Source: Escherichia coli (GTDB taxonomy: Bacteria > Pseudomonadota > Gammaproteobacteria > Enterobacterales > Enterobacteriaceae). From it: a stretch of DNA of 64,000 nucleotides. The translations under genes and the position numbers were made by a program. Location: NCBI RefSeq assembly GCF_013122565.1, contig NZ_CP053258.1, one strand, 5' to 3'. The notes below the pieces were generated by a model. That model did no database searches. It saw nothing but the letters and a program-made list of their open reading frames with translations, and was not told the origin of the DNA. Shown here one piece after another: positions 13,904 through 25,782 of the stretch (position 1 is the first letter of the stretch; each line of letters opens with the position of its first letter).

Positions 13904-15448
13904 ATGGATGTCATTAAAAAGAAACATTGGTGGCAAAGCGACGCGCTGAAATGGTCAGTGCTAGGTCTGCTCGGCCTGCTGGTGGGTTACCTTGTTGTTT
14001 TAATGTACGCACAAGGGGAATACCTGTTCGCCATTACCACGCTGATATTGAGTTCAGCGGGGCTGTATATTTTCGCCAATCGTAAAGCCTACGCCTGGCG
14101 CTATGTTTACCCGGGAATGGCTGGAATGGGATTATTCGTCCTCTTCCCTCTGGTCTGCACCATCGCCATTGCCTTCACCAACTACAGCAGCACTAACCAG
14201 CTGACTTTTGAACGTGCGCAGGAAGTGTTGTTAGATCGCTCCTGGCAAGCAGGCAAAACCTATAACTTTGGTCTTTACCCGGCGGGCGATGAGTGGCAAC
14301 TGGCGCTCAGCGACGGCGAAACCGGCAAAAATTACCTCTCCGACGCGTTTAAATTTGGCGGCGAGCAAAAACTGCAACTGAAAGAAACGACCGCCCAGCC
14401 CGAAGGCGAACGCGCGAATCTGCGCGTGATTACCCAGAACCGCCAGGCGCTGAGTGACATTACCGCCATTCTGCCGGATGGCAACAAAGTGATGATGAGC
14501 TCCCTGCGCCAGTTTTCTGGCACGCAGCCGCTCTACACACTCGACGGTGACGGCACGTTGACGAATAATCAGAGTGGCGTGAAATATCGTCCGAATAACC
14601 AAATTGGCTTTTACCAGTCCATTACCGCCGACGGCAACTGGGGGGATGAAAAGCTAAGCCCCGGTTACACCGTGACCACCGGCTGGAAAAACTTTACCCG
14701 CGTCTTCACCGACGAAGGCATTCAGAAACCGTTCCTCGCCATTTTCGTCTGGACCGTGGTGTTCTCGCTAATCACTGTCTTTTTAACGGTGGCAGTCGGC
14801 ATGATTCTGGCGTGTCTGGTGCAGTGGGAAGCGTTGCGCGGCAAAGCGGTCTATCGCGTCCTGCTGATTCTGCCCTACGCGGTGCCATCGTTCATTTCAA
14901 TCTTGATTTTCAAAGGGTTGTTTAACCAGAGCTTCGGTGAGATCAACATGATGTTGAGCGCGCTGTTTGGCGTGAAGCCCGCCTGGTTCAGCGATCCGAC
15001 CACCGCCCGCACGATGCTGATTATCGTCAATACCTGGCTGGGTTATCCGTACATGATGATCCTCTGCATGGGCTTGCTGAAAGCGATTCCGGACGATTTG
15101 TATGAAGCCTCAGCAATGGATGGCGCAGGTCCGTTCCAGAACTTCTTTAAGATTACGCTGCCGCTGCTGATTAAACCGCTGACGCCGCTGATGATCGCCA
15201 GCTTCGCCTTTAACTTTAACAACTTCGTGCTGATTCAACTGTTAACCAACGGCGGCCCGGATCGTCTTGGCACGACCACGCCAGCCGGTTATACCGACCT
15301 GCTTGTTAACTACACCTACCGCATCGCTTTTGAAGGCGGCGGGGGTCAGGACTTCGGTCTGGCGGCAGCAATTGCCACGCTGATCTTCCTGCTGGTGGGT
15401 GCGCTGGCGATAGTGAACCTGAAAGCCACGCGAATGAAGTTTGATTAA
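13904..15448 (+). CDS. malF: Maltose ABC transporter permease
   Basis: ORF-track entry 13889-15448; start trimmed to ATG 13904 ([17 protein letters not shown]...), 514 aa. Confidence 0.95.
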   Translation: MDVIKKKHWWQSDALKWSVLGLLGLLVGYLVVLMYAQGEYLFAITTLILSSAGLYIFANRKAYAWRYVYPGMAGMGLFVLFPLVCTIAIAFTNYSSTNQLTFERAQEVLLDRSWQAGKTYNFGLYPAGDEWQLALSDGETGKNYLSDAFKFGGEQKLQLKETTAQPEGERANLRVITQNRQALSDITAILPDGNKVMMSSLRQFSGTQPLYTLDGDGTLTNNQSGVKYRPNNQIGFYQSITADGNWGDEKLSPGYTVTTGWKNFTRVFTDEGIQKPFLAIFVWTVVFSLITVFLTVAVGMILACLVQWEALRGKAVYRVLLILPYAVPSFISILIFKGLFNQSFGEINMMLSALFGVKPAWFSDPTTARTMLIIVNTWLGYPYMMILCMGLLKAIPDDLYEASAMDGAGPFQNFFKITLPLLIKPLTPLMIASFAFNFNNFVLIQLLTNGGPDRLGTTTPAGYTDLLVNYTYRIAFEGGGGQDFGLAAAIATLIFLLVGALAIVNLKATRMKFD

Positions 15449-15462
15449 GGGAGATAACAAAA

Positions 15463-16353
15463 ATGGCAATGGTCCAACCGAAATCGCAAAAAGCACGTTT
15501 GTTTATTACTCACCTGCTACTGCTACTTTTTATCGCGGCGATTATGTTCCCGCTGCTGATGGTCGTCGCTATCTCGCTGCGTCAGGGAAACTTCGCGACC
15601 GGTAGCCTGATCCCGGAGCAAATCTCCTGGGATCACTGGAAACTGGCGTTAGGTTTTAGCGTTGAACAGGCTGATGGTCGCATTACGCCACCGCCATTCC
15701 CGGTACTGCTGTGGCTGTGGAACTCGGTAAAGGTCGCCGGGATTTCCGCGATTGGCATTGTGGCGCTCTCCACCACCTGCGCCTACGCTTTCGCCCGTAT
15801 GCGCTTTCCAGGCAAAGCGACGCTGCTGAAAGGAATGCTGATTTTCCAGATGTTCCCGGCAGTACTTTCACTGGTCGCGTTGTATGCGTTGTTTGATCGT
15901 CTGGGTGAGTACATTCCATTCATTGGCCTGAATACTCACGGCGGCGTAATTTTCGCGTATCTGGGTGGGATTGCGCTGCACGTCTGGACCATCAAAGGCT
16001 ATTTCGAAACCATCGACAGTTCGCTGGAAGAAGCGGCTGCGCTGGATGGTGCGACACCGTGGCAGGCCTTCCGCCTTGTCCTGTTGCCGCTGTCAGTACC
16101 GATTCTGGCGGTGGTATTCATCCTGTCGTTTATCGCTGCCATTACTGAAGTTCCGGTCGCGTCGCTGTTACTGCGTGACGTAAACAGCTACACCCTGGCC
16201 GTGGGAATGCAGCAATACCTCAACCCGCAAAACTACCTGTGGGGTGACTTTGCCGCCGCTGCCGTGATGTCTGCATTACCGATCACCATCGTCTTCTTGC
16301 TGGCTCAACGCTGGCTGGTCAACGGCCTGACGGCAGGTGGTGTGAAAGGTTAA
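15463..16353 (+). CDS. malG: Maltose ABC transporter permease
   Basis: 296-aa [42 protein letters not shown]... Confidence 0.95.
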
Positions 16354-16423
16354 AGATGTTGTTCTGCCAATGTTATGCCGCTGCACCCTCAACTTACGTT
16401 ATCCCAACTTGTGACTGTTATTC

Positions 16424-16448
16424 GGCGCTCCACGGAGCGCCTTTTTTT
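16424..16448 (+). terminator. Rho-independent terminator after malG, overlapping the psiE 3' end
   Basis: ggcgctccacggagcgcc hairpin followed by ttttttt. Confidence 0.6.
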
Positions 16449-16857
16449 ACTCCCGCTTCAGCCGTTTCGAATTACACAGCCACAGGGTGATCACCAGTAA
16501 CAGGATCGCAGCTGAGTAGATCAACACATCCAGTGGCGATTTATGATCGACGATGATCAAGCGTACAATGGCGGTGATCCCAATATAGACAAAGTAACGT
16601 AGCGGGAAGTGAAAACCGGACTGAAAGTACTTCACAATCAGCGCGATAAATTCGAAATAGAGAAAATAAACCACCAGCCCTTCTACCAGCTCATATTTGC
16701 TGGTTTGTTCTGGCGCGAACAGCACATCAGCCAGATGCACCGTTTCTTTGCCGAGGAAGACAACCAAAATCAGGCCGAGGCACAACAGGCCAAGATTGAG
16801 TACGGTCTGCAAAATGGTGGAGATAAACTCCACGCGCGGACGAGAGAGTGACGTCAT
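16447..16857 (-). CDS. psiE: Phosphate-starvation-inducible protein E
   Basis: ORF-track entry 16447-16992; start trimmed to ATG 16855-16857 ([25 protein letters not shown]...), 136 aa. Confidence 0.9.
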
Positions 16858-17071
16858 AGCAGTACCTCCTTCACAGTGGCGAGCTTCCTGTATAACGCAA
16901 AAATGTGACGGAGATCTATATTTTTCGTGTATGTTTTGTTCAGCTCGATTAAGTGGGCATCTCCCATCAACGTCGCATCTGGCAAAACACACAGCCCCAA
17001 AAAATCACCCATTCAGGTGATTCCCAGCCACCAGCAATGCGCGAAAAATCGACAATGTTCCTCTGGAACAA

Positions 17072-17350
17072 ATGAAACGTAACCTGATAAAGGTGGTAAA
17101 AATGAAGCCTTATTTTGCTGCTTTGATGTTATCAGTCTCTGTTCTTCCTGCTTATGCTGGTCCGCTCGGTACTGCTGATAAAGCCGACCTACCGCAAAGC
17201 AATGTCTCCAGCCCAATGATGGCCCAGTCGCTCAGGCAACCAGACCTGCAACCGATATCGACGGACAGGAAGACAGAATGTTTTCGCCTTTACACACCAG
17301 ATCGCAAACCGGGGGTGAACTGCGTTCCTGATGGCTCAACAGGCCATTAA
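17072..17350 (+). CDS. yjbT: Small putative secreted protein
   Basis: 92-aa ORF with signal-peptide-like N-terminus (MKPYFAALMLSVSVLPAYA); RBS aaaggtgg precedes the internal ATG, so the start may be the first or second Met. Confidence 0.6.
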   Translation: MKRNLIKVVKMKPYFAALMLSVSVLPAYAGPLGTADKADLPQSNVSSPMMAQSLRQPDLQPISTDRKTECFRLYTPDRKPGVNCVPDGSTGH

Positions 17351-17396
17351 GAATGAGGGTGCCAGTGATTGCGAAAACTGGCACCTTTCCCATGAC

Positions 17397-19493
17397 TTAG
17401 CGGAAATTGACGCTACGGTCGCTGGTCATGTCATACAACTGGAACTTACGCCCAAGTTGCTGACCACCGTCACGAGTCAGCGGCGTCCAGCCAATCGCCG
17501 CACGGCTGCGTGTCGGGCCAGACGAGAAGAGATCCAACGGTACCGAGACATACACGCCTTTGGTGAAGTCCCCTTCGCCGTACTCCTCTTTCGAAACATT
17601 CGTGATCGTGGCATAGCCACCCACAACCACTCCGCTATCAAAGCGTTTGGCGATCTCCAGCGTGCCGCCTTTATCCCCTGCCAGATACTGCCCGACGCTC
17701 GCTTTCACTAACACATCCTGAGCGAAAGATGGCGTCCAGTAGGCGGTCAGATGTCCGGTTTTCACGCTGTAGTCGGTGAATTTCATCATATCTTTTGCAC
17801 TACGCCAGTCGCGCTGTTTAACGTAGTTGGCATCCAGACCAAACGCCCAGTTGCTGTCCAGCGGGCGATACAACACTTCTGCCCCCGCACCGCCAAACAT
17901 GGTTTCGAGATAACCTCCGTAGACCTGACCGTAGAAGCCGTTGCCCAGATGCTGGAAGTAGTTGGCTTGCAGGTTATTCACATAGACATCGTTCTGCACA
18001 TACTCGCGCACATGGGTACGAACGCGCGGTAAGTGCGAGTCCTGCGGCGGATTGGTGTAGTTAAACTTGTCGTAGTTGTTGGCAAGGTTAGCGAACAGGC
18101 TGCCGGTGGTCAGCAGATGGTCCGTCAGCCACAAATCTGCCGTTCCCATCACGCCCAGCTGATACATGTAAAAGTTTTCCGGGCCACCGACCGACTGGTT
18201 CAGCACCGGATCGATATGGAAATCAAAGCGCGATTTGTCGATATACCAGCCCTGCTCGGTGGACTGCGGAACCACTGGCTCGACGCGTTTTTGCGCCAGC
18301 GTCGTTTCGTGGCCCAACGGCTCTCCGGCGAGATGATTTTTCAGGCTGGCGACATCGGTTTCCGTCGTCACCTGCGGCATGTTAAGACGATTTTCCGTAA
18401 TGCGGATCGTTCTGATCCCATCCGGCAGATCGTTCATCACGATCCGATTAGCACGGATGATCCCTTCGCGCGAATCACGATATTTCACCTGCTCGCCGGT
18501 AACATACAGCGTATCGCCTTTCGCCTGGATCTGCGGATCGGCAAGTCCGGCGTTGTATTTCAGCAACGTTAACTGATTCGCCACCACCGAGTGCTGCAAA
18601 ATGGCATCCTGTGGCTGCGGTTGATATTGCGGGCGGACGTTATCGTTGTAGGACGGGCGCAGATCGTTAAAGTTGGTGCGCAGCGTGACGCCAAACATAA
18701 AGGTGTTGCCACGTTCATAACTAAGGTTAACGTCGGCCCAATCGGTAACGCGATAAATCGCACCGACGTTAAACTTACTTTTTTGCTGCAGCTTCCCGGC
18801 AAAATCCTGCTGATAATTATTGCCTTCATACTCCAGTTTCAGGCGCAGCGGTTGCCAGGGCGTCTGGTATTCCACGCCGCCAAACAGTGAGGCAGGACCG
18901 TGGAACATCTGACTACCGTCGATAGATCCCGCCTGTTTGTAGCTGTTATCGCGATAGCAATATTTATCACTGGCTGAACAGAGCGGATTTTTCACATTAC
19001 CGCTGGTGCCCAGATATCCCCAGCCCAGACCGAGCGTGAAATCGAACGGCCCCCAGGCTTTGCTGGCAACAAGATATTCCGCATCAAACAGCCCCGTACC
19101 GCCGATATCCCGCGCACCAACCGCCACTTGCGGCAGCCAGTAACTCTCTTCCCACAAACGCAGTTTGAGATCGAAGGCTTTATCTTTATACGTTTGATCG
19201 CCAGAGAATGCTTCGACGCTGCTGTACTGCCGGGTGCGCACGTCGGTGTAGCGCAGCGTTGTTTCCAGCCACGGGAAGAGTTGCACTGAAGCTGAGTAAT
19301 AACGGTACTGATCGTTGTCGCGATAGTTGAGGCTCAACTCCCCTTCCCGCGCCATGCGCGCGGTAGGCGTTTGTAATAATCCTACGCCACCGAAATCCGA
19401 CTGCGACGGACCAATGGGCGCAGGATATGTTTCGCCGTAGCAAGCTGTGCTAATGCCCAGCGCCAGTAAGCTAAGCAGATGTCTTTTTTTCAT
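17397..19493 (-). CDS. yjbH: Outer-membrane beta-barrel protein, GfcD family (exopolysaccharide-associated)
   Basis: 698-aa ORF with signal peptide [20 protein letters not shown]; last gene of yjbEFGH. Confidence 0.9.
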   Translation of the reverse strand: MKKRHLLSLLALGISTACYGETYPAPIGPSQSDFGGVGLLQTPTARMAREGELSLNYRDNDQYRYYSASVQLFPWLETTLRYTDVRTRQYSSVEAFSGDQTYKDKAFDLKLRLWEESYWLPQVAVGARDIGGTGLFDAEYLVASKAWGPFDFTLGLGWGYLGTSGNVKNPLCSASDKYCYRDNSYKQAGSIDGSQMFHGPASLFGGVEYQTPWQPLRLKLEYEGNNYQQDFAGKLQQKSKFNVGAIYRVTDWADVNLSYERGNTFMFGVTLRTNFNDLRPSYNDNVRPQYQPQPQDAILQHSVVANQLTLLKYNAGLADPQIQAKGDTLYVTGEQVKYRDSREGIIRANRIVMNDLPDGIRTIRITENRLNMPQVTTETDVASLKNHLAGEPLGHETTLAQKRVEPVVPQSTEQGWYIDKSRFDFHIDPVLNQSVGGPENFYMYQLGVMGTADLWLTDHLLTTGSLFANLANNYDKFNYTNPPQDSHLPRVRTHVREYVQNDVYVNNLQANYFQHLGNGFYGQVYGGYLETMFGGAGAEVLYRPLDSNWAFGLDANYVKQRDWRSAKDMMKFTDYSVKTGHLTAYWTPSFAQDVLVKASVGQYLAGDKGGTLEIAKRFDSGVVVGGYATITNVSKEEYGEGDFTKGVYVSVPLDLFSSGPTRSRAAIGWTPLTRDGGQQLGRKFQLYDMTSDRSVNFR

Positions 19494-20230
19494 TATTGAG
19501 GTATCCGCTGCGTCAGAGTCTGAAGAATGTCGGCGTTAAGGGCATCAGGCGTCCCACTCCAGACGGAGCCCGCGAGGCCAACATAAATAATGCTGCCGGG
19601 CATCGGCTCTACGTGACGCTTGTTCCAGTAAGCCACCGGCGCTTTTTGCGTGCGTCCGTCCGGGTAAACCACCCACGCATAGCTGCGATCCGCACCGCTA
19701 AGCAGGTTCTGGCCGGAGAGATAGCTCGCCACGTCGCGACCGGGAGTGAATGGCTGCTTGCCAGGACGGCTGATAAGCCCGAACAGCGTGACCGTGGACG
19801 GCGGTGGTCCGACCCACAGCGTGTAGTTGCCCTGCAACGGTGGGTTACCGCGTTCGGCAACGCGGACGATATCGGGATCAAGATTGATTTTTTGCCTACC
19901 CGTCACTTTCAACGCCTGAATTTGCTGGCGTAAGGCGTTAATCGCAGCGGCATCGTCAGCGCTGGAGTCTGCGGCCAGTTCTGCCAGCCGTGTCAGCAAC
20001 GCCTGCTGCTGACGCAATGCTGCCGCCGTTGCCAGCTCTTCGCTAATCACCGCACCAGGCCACCAGCTGTTTGCCAGCCGTGGTTGGCCTACCAGATCGA
20101 TTAGATGCTCCGCGCCCGTCAGCGTTTTGGCCTCACTGCTGCCATTGCTGAATACCTTGACGGTTCCTGCCGCGAAGACCGATGACGCTCCCACACTCAA
20201 AAGCAACGCGACAATAGTTTGTTTAATCAT
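19493..20230 (-). CDS. yjbG: GfcC-family periplasmic protein
   Basis: 245-aa ORF with signal peptide [20 protein letters not shown]; stop overlaps the yjbH start (TAATG). Confidence 0.9.
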   Translation of the reverse strand: MIKQTIVALLLSVGASSVFAAGTVKVFSNGSSEAKTLTGAEHLIDLVGQPRLANSWWPGAVISEELATAAALRQQQALLTRLAELAADSSADDAAAINALRQQIQALKVTGRQKINLDPDIVRVAERGNPPLQGNYTLWVGPPPSTVTLFGLISRPGKQPFTPGRDVASYLSGQNLLSGADRSYAWVVYPDGRTQKAPVAYWNKRHVEPMPGSIIYVGLAGSVWSGTPDALNADILQTLTQRIPQ

Positions 20231-20895
20231 TGTTTTGCCGCCTTGATGAGAGTTGTTTTCACCGGGAAATAATCCGCGCCGAGATACTGTTCCGACTGGC
20301 GAATTTGCCCTTCGCTGTCGATCCAGTAGCGGTTATGCCAGCGCGCCTGGTCGGTGGAGACTTCTTCGTCCAGCACGCGAACCGGGGTTTCATCGCTGCC
20401 GACTTTGACGGTATCGGTGCCATCCCATTTGAAGACTGAGCGTGCGGTGGCGTAGCGTACCTGCTGGTACTCGGTCCAGCCCATCGTGCGCGTCCAGGTT
20501 GCACCATCAACAATTTGTGCGGGTTTAATCAGCGGGTCGGCGGCAAGGTTATTCACTTCAATCAGGTTGTCGCCGCCAAGCAAAGTCTTCACCAGACGAC
20601 CATGTTGTGTGACGAGAGTGGCCTGATCCTGAGTGACCCATTTTTGTTGTCCGTCTTCAGCGAAGGCCAGCACCACAAACAACTGCGGCCCGCCATTAAG
20701 CTGCATGTACTGGCTGGCGTAGGGCATATTTTGAATATCATCGTCCGTCAGCTGTACGCCTGGCGTGCCGAACAGACTGTCCCACAGTGAATTGCCCAGC
20801 TCTTTAGTCGTGGCTGAACAGGCCTGTAATAGCAGGCAGATAAGAATGAGTGCAGGTCGCTTCACGACTCTTCTCCAGAGGGGCAGAATAACCAC
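20227..20895 (-). CDS. yjbF: GfcB-family lipoprotein
   Basis: 222-aa ORF with lipobox LLQAC; 4-nt overlap with yjbG. Start codon choice uncertain. Confidence 0.85.
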   Translation of the reverse strand: MVILPLWRRVVKRPALILICLLLQACSATTKELGNSLWDSLFGTPGVQLTDDDIQNMPYASQYMQLNGGPQLFVVLAFAEDGQQKWVTQDQATLVTQHGRLVKTLLGGDNLIEVNNLAADPLIKPAQIVDGATWTRTMGWTEYQQVRYATARSVFKWDGTDTVKVGSDETPVRVLDEEVSTDQARWHNRYWIDSEGQIRQSEQYLGADYFPVKTTLIKAAKQ

Positions 20896-20978
20896 ACCGG
20901 AGTGTGGTTATGGTTAATCCCTTCATATTTCAAGCCACAGATGCAATGACCCGAATTATTTTGGGGATACATACTTTA

Positions 20979-21221
20979 TTACTGGGTACTGGTGGTCGTG
21001 GTTGTGGTGGTCCCGGTATTAGAACCATCACCGCCACCGGTTGCCGCGAGCGCGACACCCACCGCCGAGCTTACGGTGCTGACGCTGGTCGCGGAGGAAC
21101 TCCCCGCCGAAACCGACGTTGCTGCCGACCCTGCCGCTTCGCCCACCTGTACAGGTGCAGCCCACGCAGAAGTCGCCGCAAGCGCAGATATGGCAAAAAT
21201 GCCATACAGAACTTTTTTCAT
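20979..21221 (-). CDS. yjbE: GfcA-like small secreted Thr/Ser/Ala-rich protein
   Basis: 80-aa ORF with signal peptide [21 protein letters not shown] and C-terminal poly-Thr ([12 protein letters not shown]). Confidence 0.8.
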
Positions 21222-21628
21222 AACAATTTCCCTTCATTGAATGAATGGAGATTTACCCAAAAACATTTCGGGCGGGATCGAGTATACACAACTAAAGCAT
21301 GCGAATTACGGCGCGGGGAATTAGTGATGGAGTTTTAGGATAATTGGAATGAATATCAAATATAAGCTTCAGCTCATATATAAATAACACTAAAAATCAT
21401 AAGCTTAAAATAAAAATAAAAGTAATTAATCTGCGTATTTTCCGAAATCAATCACGCTTAAAAATCTATTTTAGGATTAACCTCACGGTATGATTTTCGT
21501 TAAATAACAGACAAGAGGATTTATCTGATAAAACAATGCCGACTTATAGTCGGCATTGTTATTAAGGTTATTTAATTAACCGTGCTATGCATTAATTGCC
21601 GAATACGATGTACATATCGGCATCGACC

Positions 21629-21712
<84 letters not shown>

Positions 21713-21733
21713 GGCATCAGGCATGAACGATGA

Positions 21734-23383
21734 TTAACCGCGCCACGCTTTATAGCGGTTAATCAGACCATTGGTCGAGCTATCGTGGCTGCTGATTTCT
21801 TTGTCATCTTTCAGCTCTGGCAGAATACGGTTCGCCAGTTGTTTACCCAGCTCCACGCCCCACTGGTCGAAGGTGAAGATGTTCAGGATCACGCCCTGAG
21901 TAAAGATTTTGTGCTCATACAGCGCAATCAACGCACCCAGGCTGAACGGAGTGATTTCGCGCAGCAGGATGGAGTTGGTCGGGCGGTTACCTTCGAACAC
22001 TTTGAACGGCACCACGTAGTCAAGCGTTGCCGGATCTTTACCCTGATCGCGATATTCCTGCTCAACCACTTCGCGGGATTTACCAAACGCCAGCGCTTCG
22101 GTCTGAGCGAAGAAGTTAGACAGCAGTTTCTGGTGATGATCAGAGAGCGGGTTATGGGTGATAGCCGGAGCGATGAAATCGCACGGTACCATTTTGGTTC
22201 CCTGGTGGATCAGCTGGTAGAACGCGTGCTGACCGTTTGTGCCTGGTTCACCCCAGATAATCGGGCCAGTCTGGTAATCCACAACGTTACCGTTACGGTC
22301 AACATACTTACCGTTGGACTCCATATTGCCCTGCTGGAAGTACGCCGCGAAACGGTGCATATACTGGTCATACGGCAGAATCGCTTCAGTTTCCGCGCCA
22401 AAGAAATTGTTGTACCAGATGCCGATCAGCGCCAGCAAGACAGGCAGGTTTTTCTCGGCTGGCGTGGTGGAGAAATGCTTGTCCATCGCGTGTGCGCCAG
22501 AAAGCAGTTCAACAAAATTATCAAAGCCGATGGAGAGAACAATCGACAGGCCAATCGCTGACCACAAAGAGTAACGGCCGCCAACCCAGTCCCAGAACTC
22601 GAACATGTTGGCAGTATCAATACCAAACTCGCCAACGGCTTTGGCATTGGTTGAGAGCGCCGCAAAGTGTTTCGCAACGTGTTTTTCATCACCTGCCGCT
22701 TTCAGGAACCAGTCACGCGCGCTATGGGCGTTGGTCATGGTTTCCTGAGTGGTAAAGGTTTTAGATGCTACCAGGAACAGCGTGGTTTCCGGGTTTACTT
22801 TTTTCAGCACTTCAGCGATGTGAGTCCCATCGACGTTAGAAACAAAGTGCATGTTCAGGTGATTTTTGTACGGACGCAGTGCTTCGGTCACCATGTACGG
22901 GCCGAGGTCAGAACCGCCGATCCCGATGTTCACCACGTCAGTGATTGCTTTGCCGGTATAACCCTTCCACTCACCGGAAATAATCGCTTCCGAGAAGGTT
23001 TTCATCTTCTCCAGCACCGCGTTGACTTCCGGCATAACATCTTTGCCATCAACCAGAATCGGGGTATTGCTACGGTTACGCAGCGCTACGTGCAGCACGG
23101 CGCGGTTTTCAGTGCGGTTGATCTTCTCGCCAGAGAACATCGACTTAATCGCGCCCGCCAGATCGCACTCTTTCGCCAGATCTTGTAATTTCGCCAGAGT
23201 CTCTTCAGTGATGCGGTTTTTGGAGTAATCCACCAGCATCTGATCGTCGAAGGTTGCGGAGAACTTAGAAAAACGATCGCCGTCTTTAGCAAAAAGATTG
23301 GCGATCGTAACGTCTTTCATTTCATCGAAGTGTTTCTGTAGTGCCTGCCAGGCAGCGGTCTGCGTTGGATTGATGTTTTTCAT
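21734..23383 (-). CDS. pgi: Glucose-6-phosphate isomerase
   Basis: ORF-track entry 21734-23389; start at ATG 23381-23383 ([19 protein letters not shown]...), 549 aa. Confidence 0.97.
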   Translation of the reverse strand: MKNINPTQTAAWQALQKHFDEMKDVTIANLFAKDGDRFSKFSATFDDQMLVDYSKNRITEETLAKLQDLAKECDLAGAIKSMFSGEKINRTENRAVLHVALRNRSNTPILVDGKDVMPEVNAVLEKMKTFSEAIISGEWKGYTGKAITDVVNIGIGGSDLGPYMVTEALRPYKNHLNMHFVSNVDGTHIAEVLKKVNPETTLFLVASKTFTTQETMTNAHSARDWFLKAAGDEKHVAKHFAALSTNAKAVGEFGIDTANMFEFWDWVGGRYSLWSAIGLSIVLSIGFDNFVELLSGAHAMDKHFSTTPAEKNLPVLLALIGIWYNNFFGAETEAILPYDQYMHRFAAYFQQGNMESNGKYVDRNGNVVDYQTGPIIWGEPGTNGQHAFYQLIHQGTKMVPCDFIAPAITHNPLSDHHQKLLSNFFAQTEALAFGKSREVVEQEYRDQGKDPATLDYVVPFKVFEGNRPTNSILLREITPFSLGALIALYEHKIFTQGVILNIFTFDQWGVELGKQLANRILPELKDDKEISSHDSSTNGLINRYKAWRG

Positions 23384-23614
23384 TAGCAATACTCTTCTGA
23401 TTTTGAGAATTGTGACTTTGGAAGATTGTAGCGCCAGTCACAGAAAAATGTGATGGTTTTAGTGCCGTTAGCGTAATGTTGAGTGTAAACCCTTAGCGCA
23501 GTGAAGCATTTATTAGCTGAACTACTGACCGCCAGGAGTGGATGAAAAATCCGCATGACCCCGTCGTTGACAACCGCCCCGCTCACCCTTTATTTATAAA
23601 TGTACTACCTGCGC

Positions 23615-23880
23615 TAGCGCAGGCCAGAAGAGGCGCGTTGCCCAAGTAACGGTGTTGGAGGAGCCAGTCCTGTGATAACACCTGAGGGGGTGCATCGCCG
23701 AGGTGATTGAACGGCTGGCCACGTTCATCATCGGCTACAGGGGCTGAATCCCCTGGGTTGTCACCAGAAGCGTTCGCAGTCGGGCGTTTCGCAAGTGGTG
23801 GAGCACTTCTGGGTGAAAATAGTAGCGAAGTATCGCTCTGCGCCCACCCGTCTTCCGCTCTTCCCTTGTGCCAAGGCTGA
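23615..23880 (+). promoter_or_regulatory. Lysine riboswitch (L-box) in the lysC 5' leader
   Basis: About 300-nt untranslated leader upstream of lysC containing conserved segments (agaggcgc..ggaggag..gtgataa..ctgaatcccc..) matching the E. coli lysC leader as remembered. Confidence 0.75.
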
Positions 23881-23907
23881 AAATGGATCCCCTGACACGA
23901 GGTAGTT

Positions 23908-25257
23908 ATGTCTGAAATTGTTGTCTCCAAATTTGGCGGTACCAGCGTAGCTGATTTTGACGCCATGAACCGCAGCGCTGATATTGTGCTTTCTGATGCC
24001 AACGTGCGTTTAGTTGTCCTCTCGGCTTCTGCTGGTATCACTAATCTTCTGGTCGCTTTAGCTGAAGGACTGGAACCTGGCGAGCGATTCGAAAAACTCG
24101 ACGCAATCCGCAATATCCAGTTTGCCATTCTGGAACGTCTGCGTTACCCGAACGTTATCCGTGAAGAGATTGAACGTCTGCTGGAGAACATTACTGTTCT
24201 GGCAGAAGCGGCGGCGCTGGCAACGTCTCCGGCGCTGACAGATGAACTGGTCAGCCACGGCGAGCTGATGTCGACCCTGCTGTTTGTCGAAATCCTGCGC
24301 GAACGCGATGTTCAGGCACAGTGGTTTGATGTACGTAAAGTGATGCGTACCAACGACCGATTTGGTCGTGCAGAGCCAGATGTAGCCGCGTTGGCGGAAC
24401 TGGCCACGCTGCAGCTGCTCCCACGCCTCAATGAAGGCTTAGTGATCACCCAGGGATTTATCGGTAGCGAAAATAAAGGTCGTACAACGACGCTTGGCCG
24501 TGGAGGCAGCGATTATACGGCAGCCTTGCTGGCGGAGGCTTTACACGCATCTCGTGTTGATATCTGGACCGACGTCCCGGGCATCTACACCACCGATCCA
24601 CGCGTGGTTTCCGCAGCAAAACGCATTGATGAAATCGCGTTTGCCGAAGCGGCAGAGATGGCAACTTTTGGTGCAAAAGTACTGCATCCGGCAACGTTGC
24701 TACCCGCAGTACGCAGCGATATCCCGGTCTTTGTCGGCTCCAGCAAAGACCCACGCGCAGGTGGTACGCTGGTGTGCAATAAAACTGAAAATCCGCCGCT
24801 GTTCCGCGCGCTGGCGCTTCGTCGCAATCAGACTCTGCTCACTTTGCACAGCCTGAATATGCTGCATTCTCGCGGTTTCCTCGCGGAAGTTTTCGGCATC
24901 CTCGCGCGGCATAATATTTCGGTAGACTTAATCACCACGTCAGAAGTGAGCGTGGCATTAACCCTTGATACCACCGGTTCAACCTCCACTGGCGATACCT
25001 TGCTGACGCAATCTCTGCTGATGGAGCTGTCTGCACTATGCCGGGTAGAAGTGGAGGAAGGTCTGGCGCTGGTCGCGTTGATTGGCAATGACCTGTCAAA
25101 AGCCTGCGGCGTTGGCAAAGAGGTATTCGGCGTACTGGAACCGTTCAACATTCGCATGATTTGTTACGGCGCATCCAGCCATAACCTGTGCTTCCTGGTG
25201 CCCGGCGAAGATGCCGAGCAGGTGGTGCAGAAGCTGCATTTTAATTTGTTTGAGTAA
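23908..25257 (+). CDS. lysC: Lysine-sensitive aspartokinase III
   Basis: 449-aa ORF MSEIVVSKFGGTSVADFDAMNRSADIVL... Confidence 0.97.
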   Translation: MSEIVVSKFGGTSVADFDAMNRSADIVLSDANVRLVVLSASAGITNLLVALAEGLEPGERFEKLDAIRNIQFAILERLRYPNVIREEIERLLENITVLAEAAALATSPALTDELVSHGELMSTLLFVEILRERDVQAQWFDVRKVMRTNDRFGRAEPDVAALAELATLQLLPRLNEGLVITQGFIGSENKGRTTTLGRGGSDYTAALLAEALHASRVDIWTDVPGIYTTDPRVVSAAKRIDEIAFAEAAEMATFGAKVLHPATLLPAVRSDIPVFVGSSKDPRAGGTLVCNKTENPPLFRALALRRNQTLLTLHSLNMLHSRGFLAEVFGILARHNISVDLITTSEVSVALTLDTTGSTSTGDTLLTQSLLMELSALCRVEVEEGLALVALIGNDLSKACGVGKEVFGVLEPFNIRMICYGASSHNLCFLVPGEDAEQVVQKLHFNLFE

Positions 25258-25509
25258 ATACTGTATGGCCTGGAAGCTATATTTCGGGCCGTATTGATTT
25301 TCTTGTCACTATGCTCATCAATAAACGAGCCTGTACTCTGTTAACCAGCGTCTTTATCGGAGAATAATTGCCTTTAATTTTTTTATCTGCATCTCTAATT
25401 AATTATCGAAAGAGATAAATAGTTAAGAGAAGGCAAAATGAATATTATCAGTTCTGCTCGCAAACGAATTCCCGTACACTGAACTCTCTGGCTCACTGAG
25501 GGCACCATC

Positions 25510-25782
25510 ATGGCACTCCCCCGTATTACCCAAAAAGAGATGACTGAACGCGAGCAACGTGAACTTAAAACACTGCTGGATCGCGCGCGGATTGCGCATG
25601 GTCGCGTACTGACCAACTCCGAAACCAACAGCATTAAGAAAGAGTACATCGATAAATTAATGGTCGAGCGTGAGGCTGAAGCGAAAAAAGCCCGCCAGTT
25701 AAAGAAAAAGCAGGCTTATAAACCGGATCCTGAAGCGTCATTTAGCTGGTCAGCAAATACGTCGACGCGCGGCAGGCGCTGA
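25510..25782 (+). CDS. yjbD: DUF3811-family small protein
   Basis: 90-aa ORF MALPRITQKEMTEREQRELKTLLDRARIAHGRVL...; position between lysC and rluF matches K-12 synteny. Confidence 0.85.
   Translation: MALPRITQKEMTEREQRELKTLLDRARIAHGRVLTNSETNSIKKEYIDKLMVEREAEAKKARQLKKKQAYKPDPEASFSWSANTSTRGRR

Noticed and set aside
16858-17071. Pho box or CRP site upstream of psiE
   Set aside because: Sequences such as ctgtataacgcaaaaatgtgac only loosely resemble the consensus; I could not identify a convincing match by eye, so no feature is called.
21785-22561. 258-aa plus-strand ORF inside pgi
   Set aside because: Antisense to pgi with no supporting signals.
23583-24128. 181-aa reverse-strand ORF overlapping the lysC leader and lysC 5' end
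   Set aside because: Overlaps the riboswitch leader and the lysC coding start on the opposite strand; no RBS; Ser/Ala/Arg-rich antisense composition.
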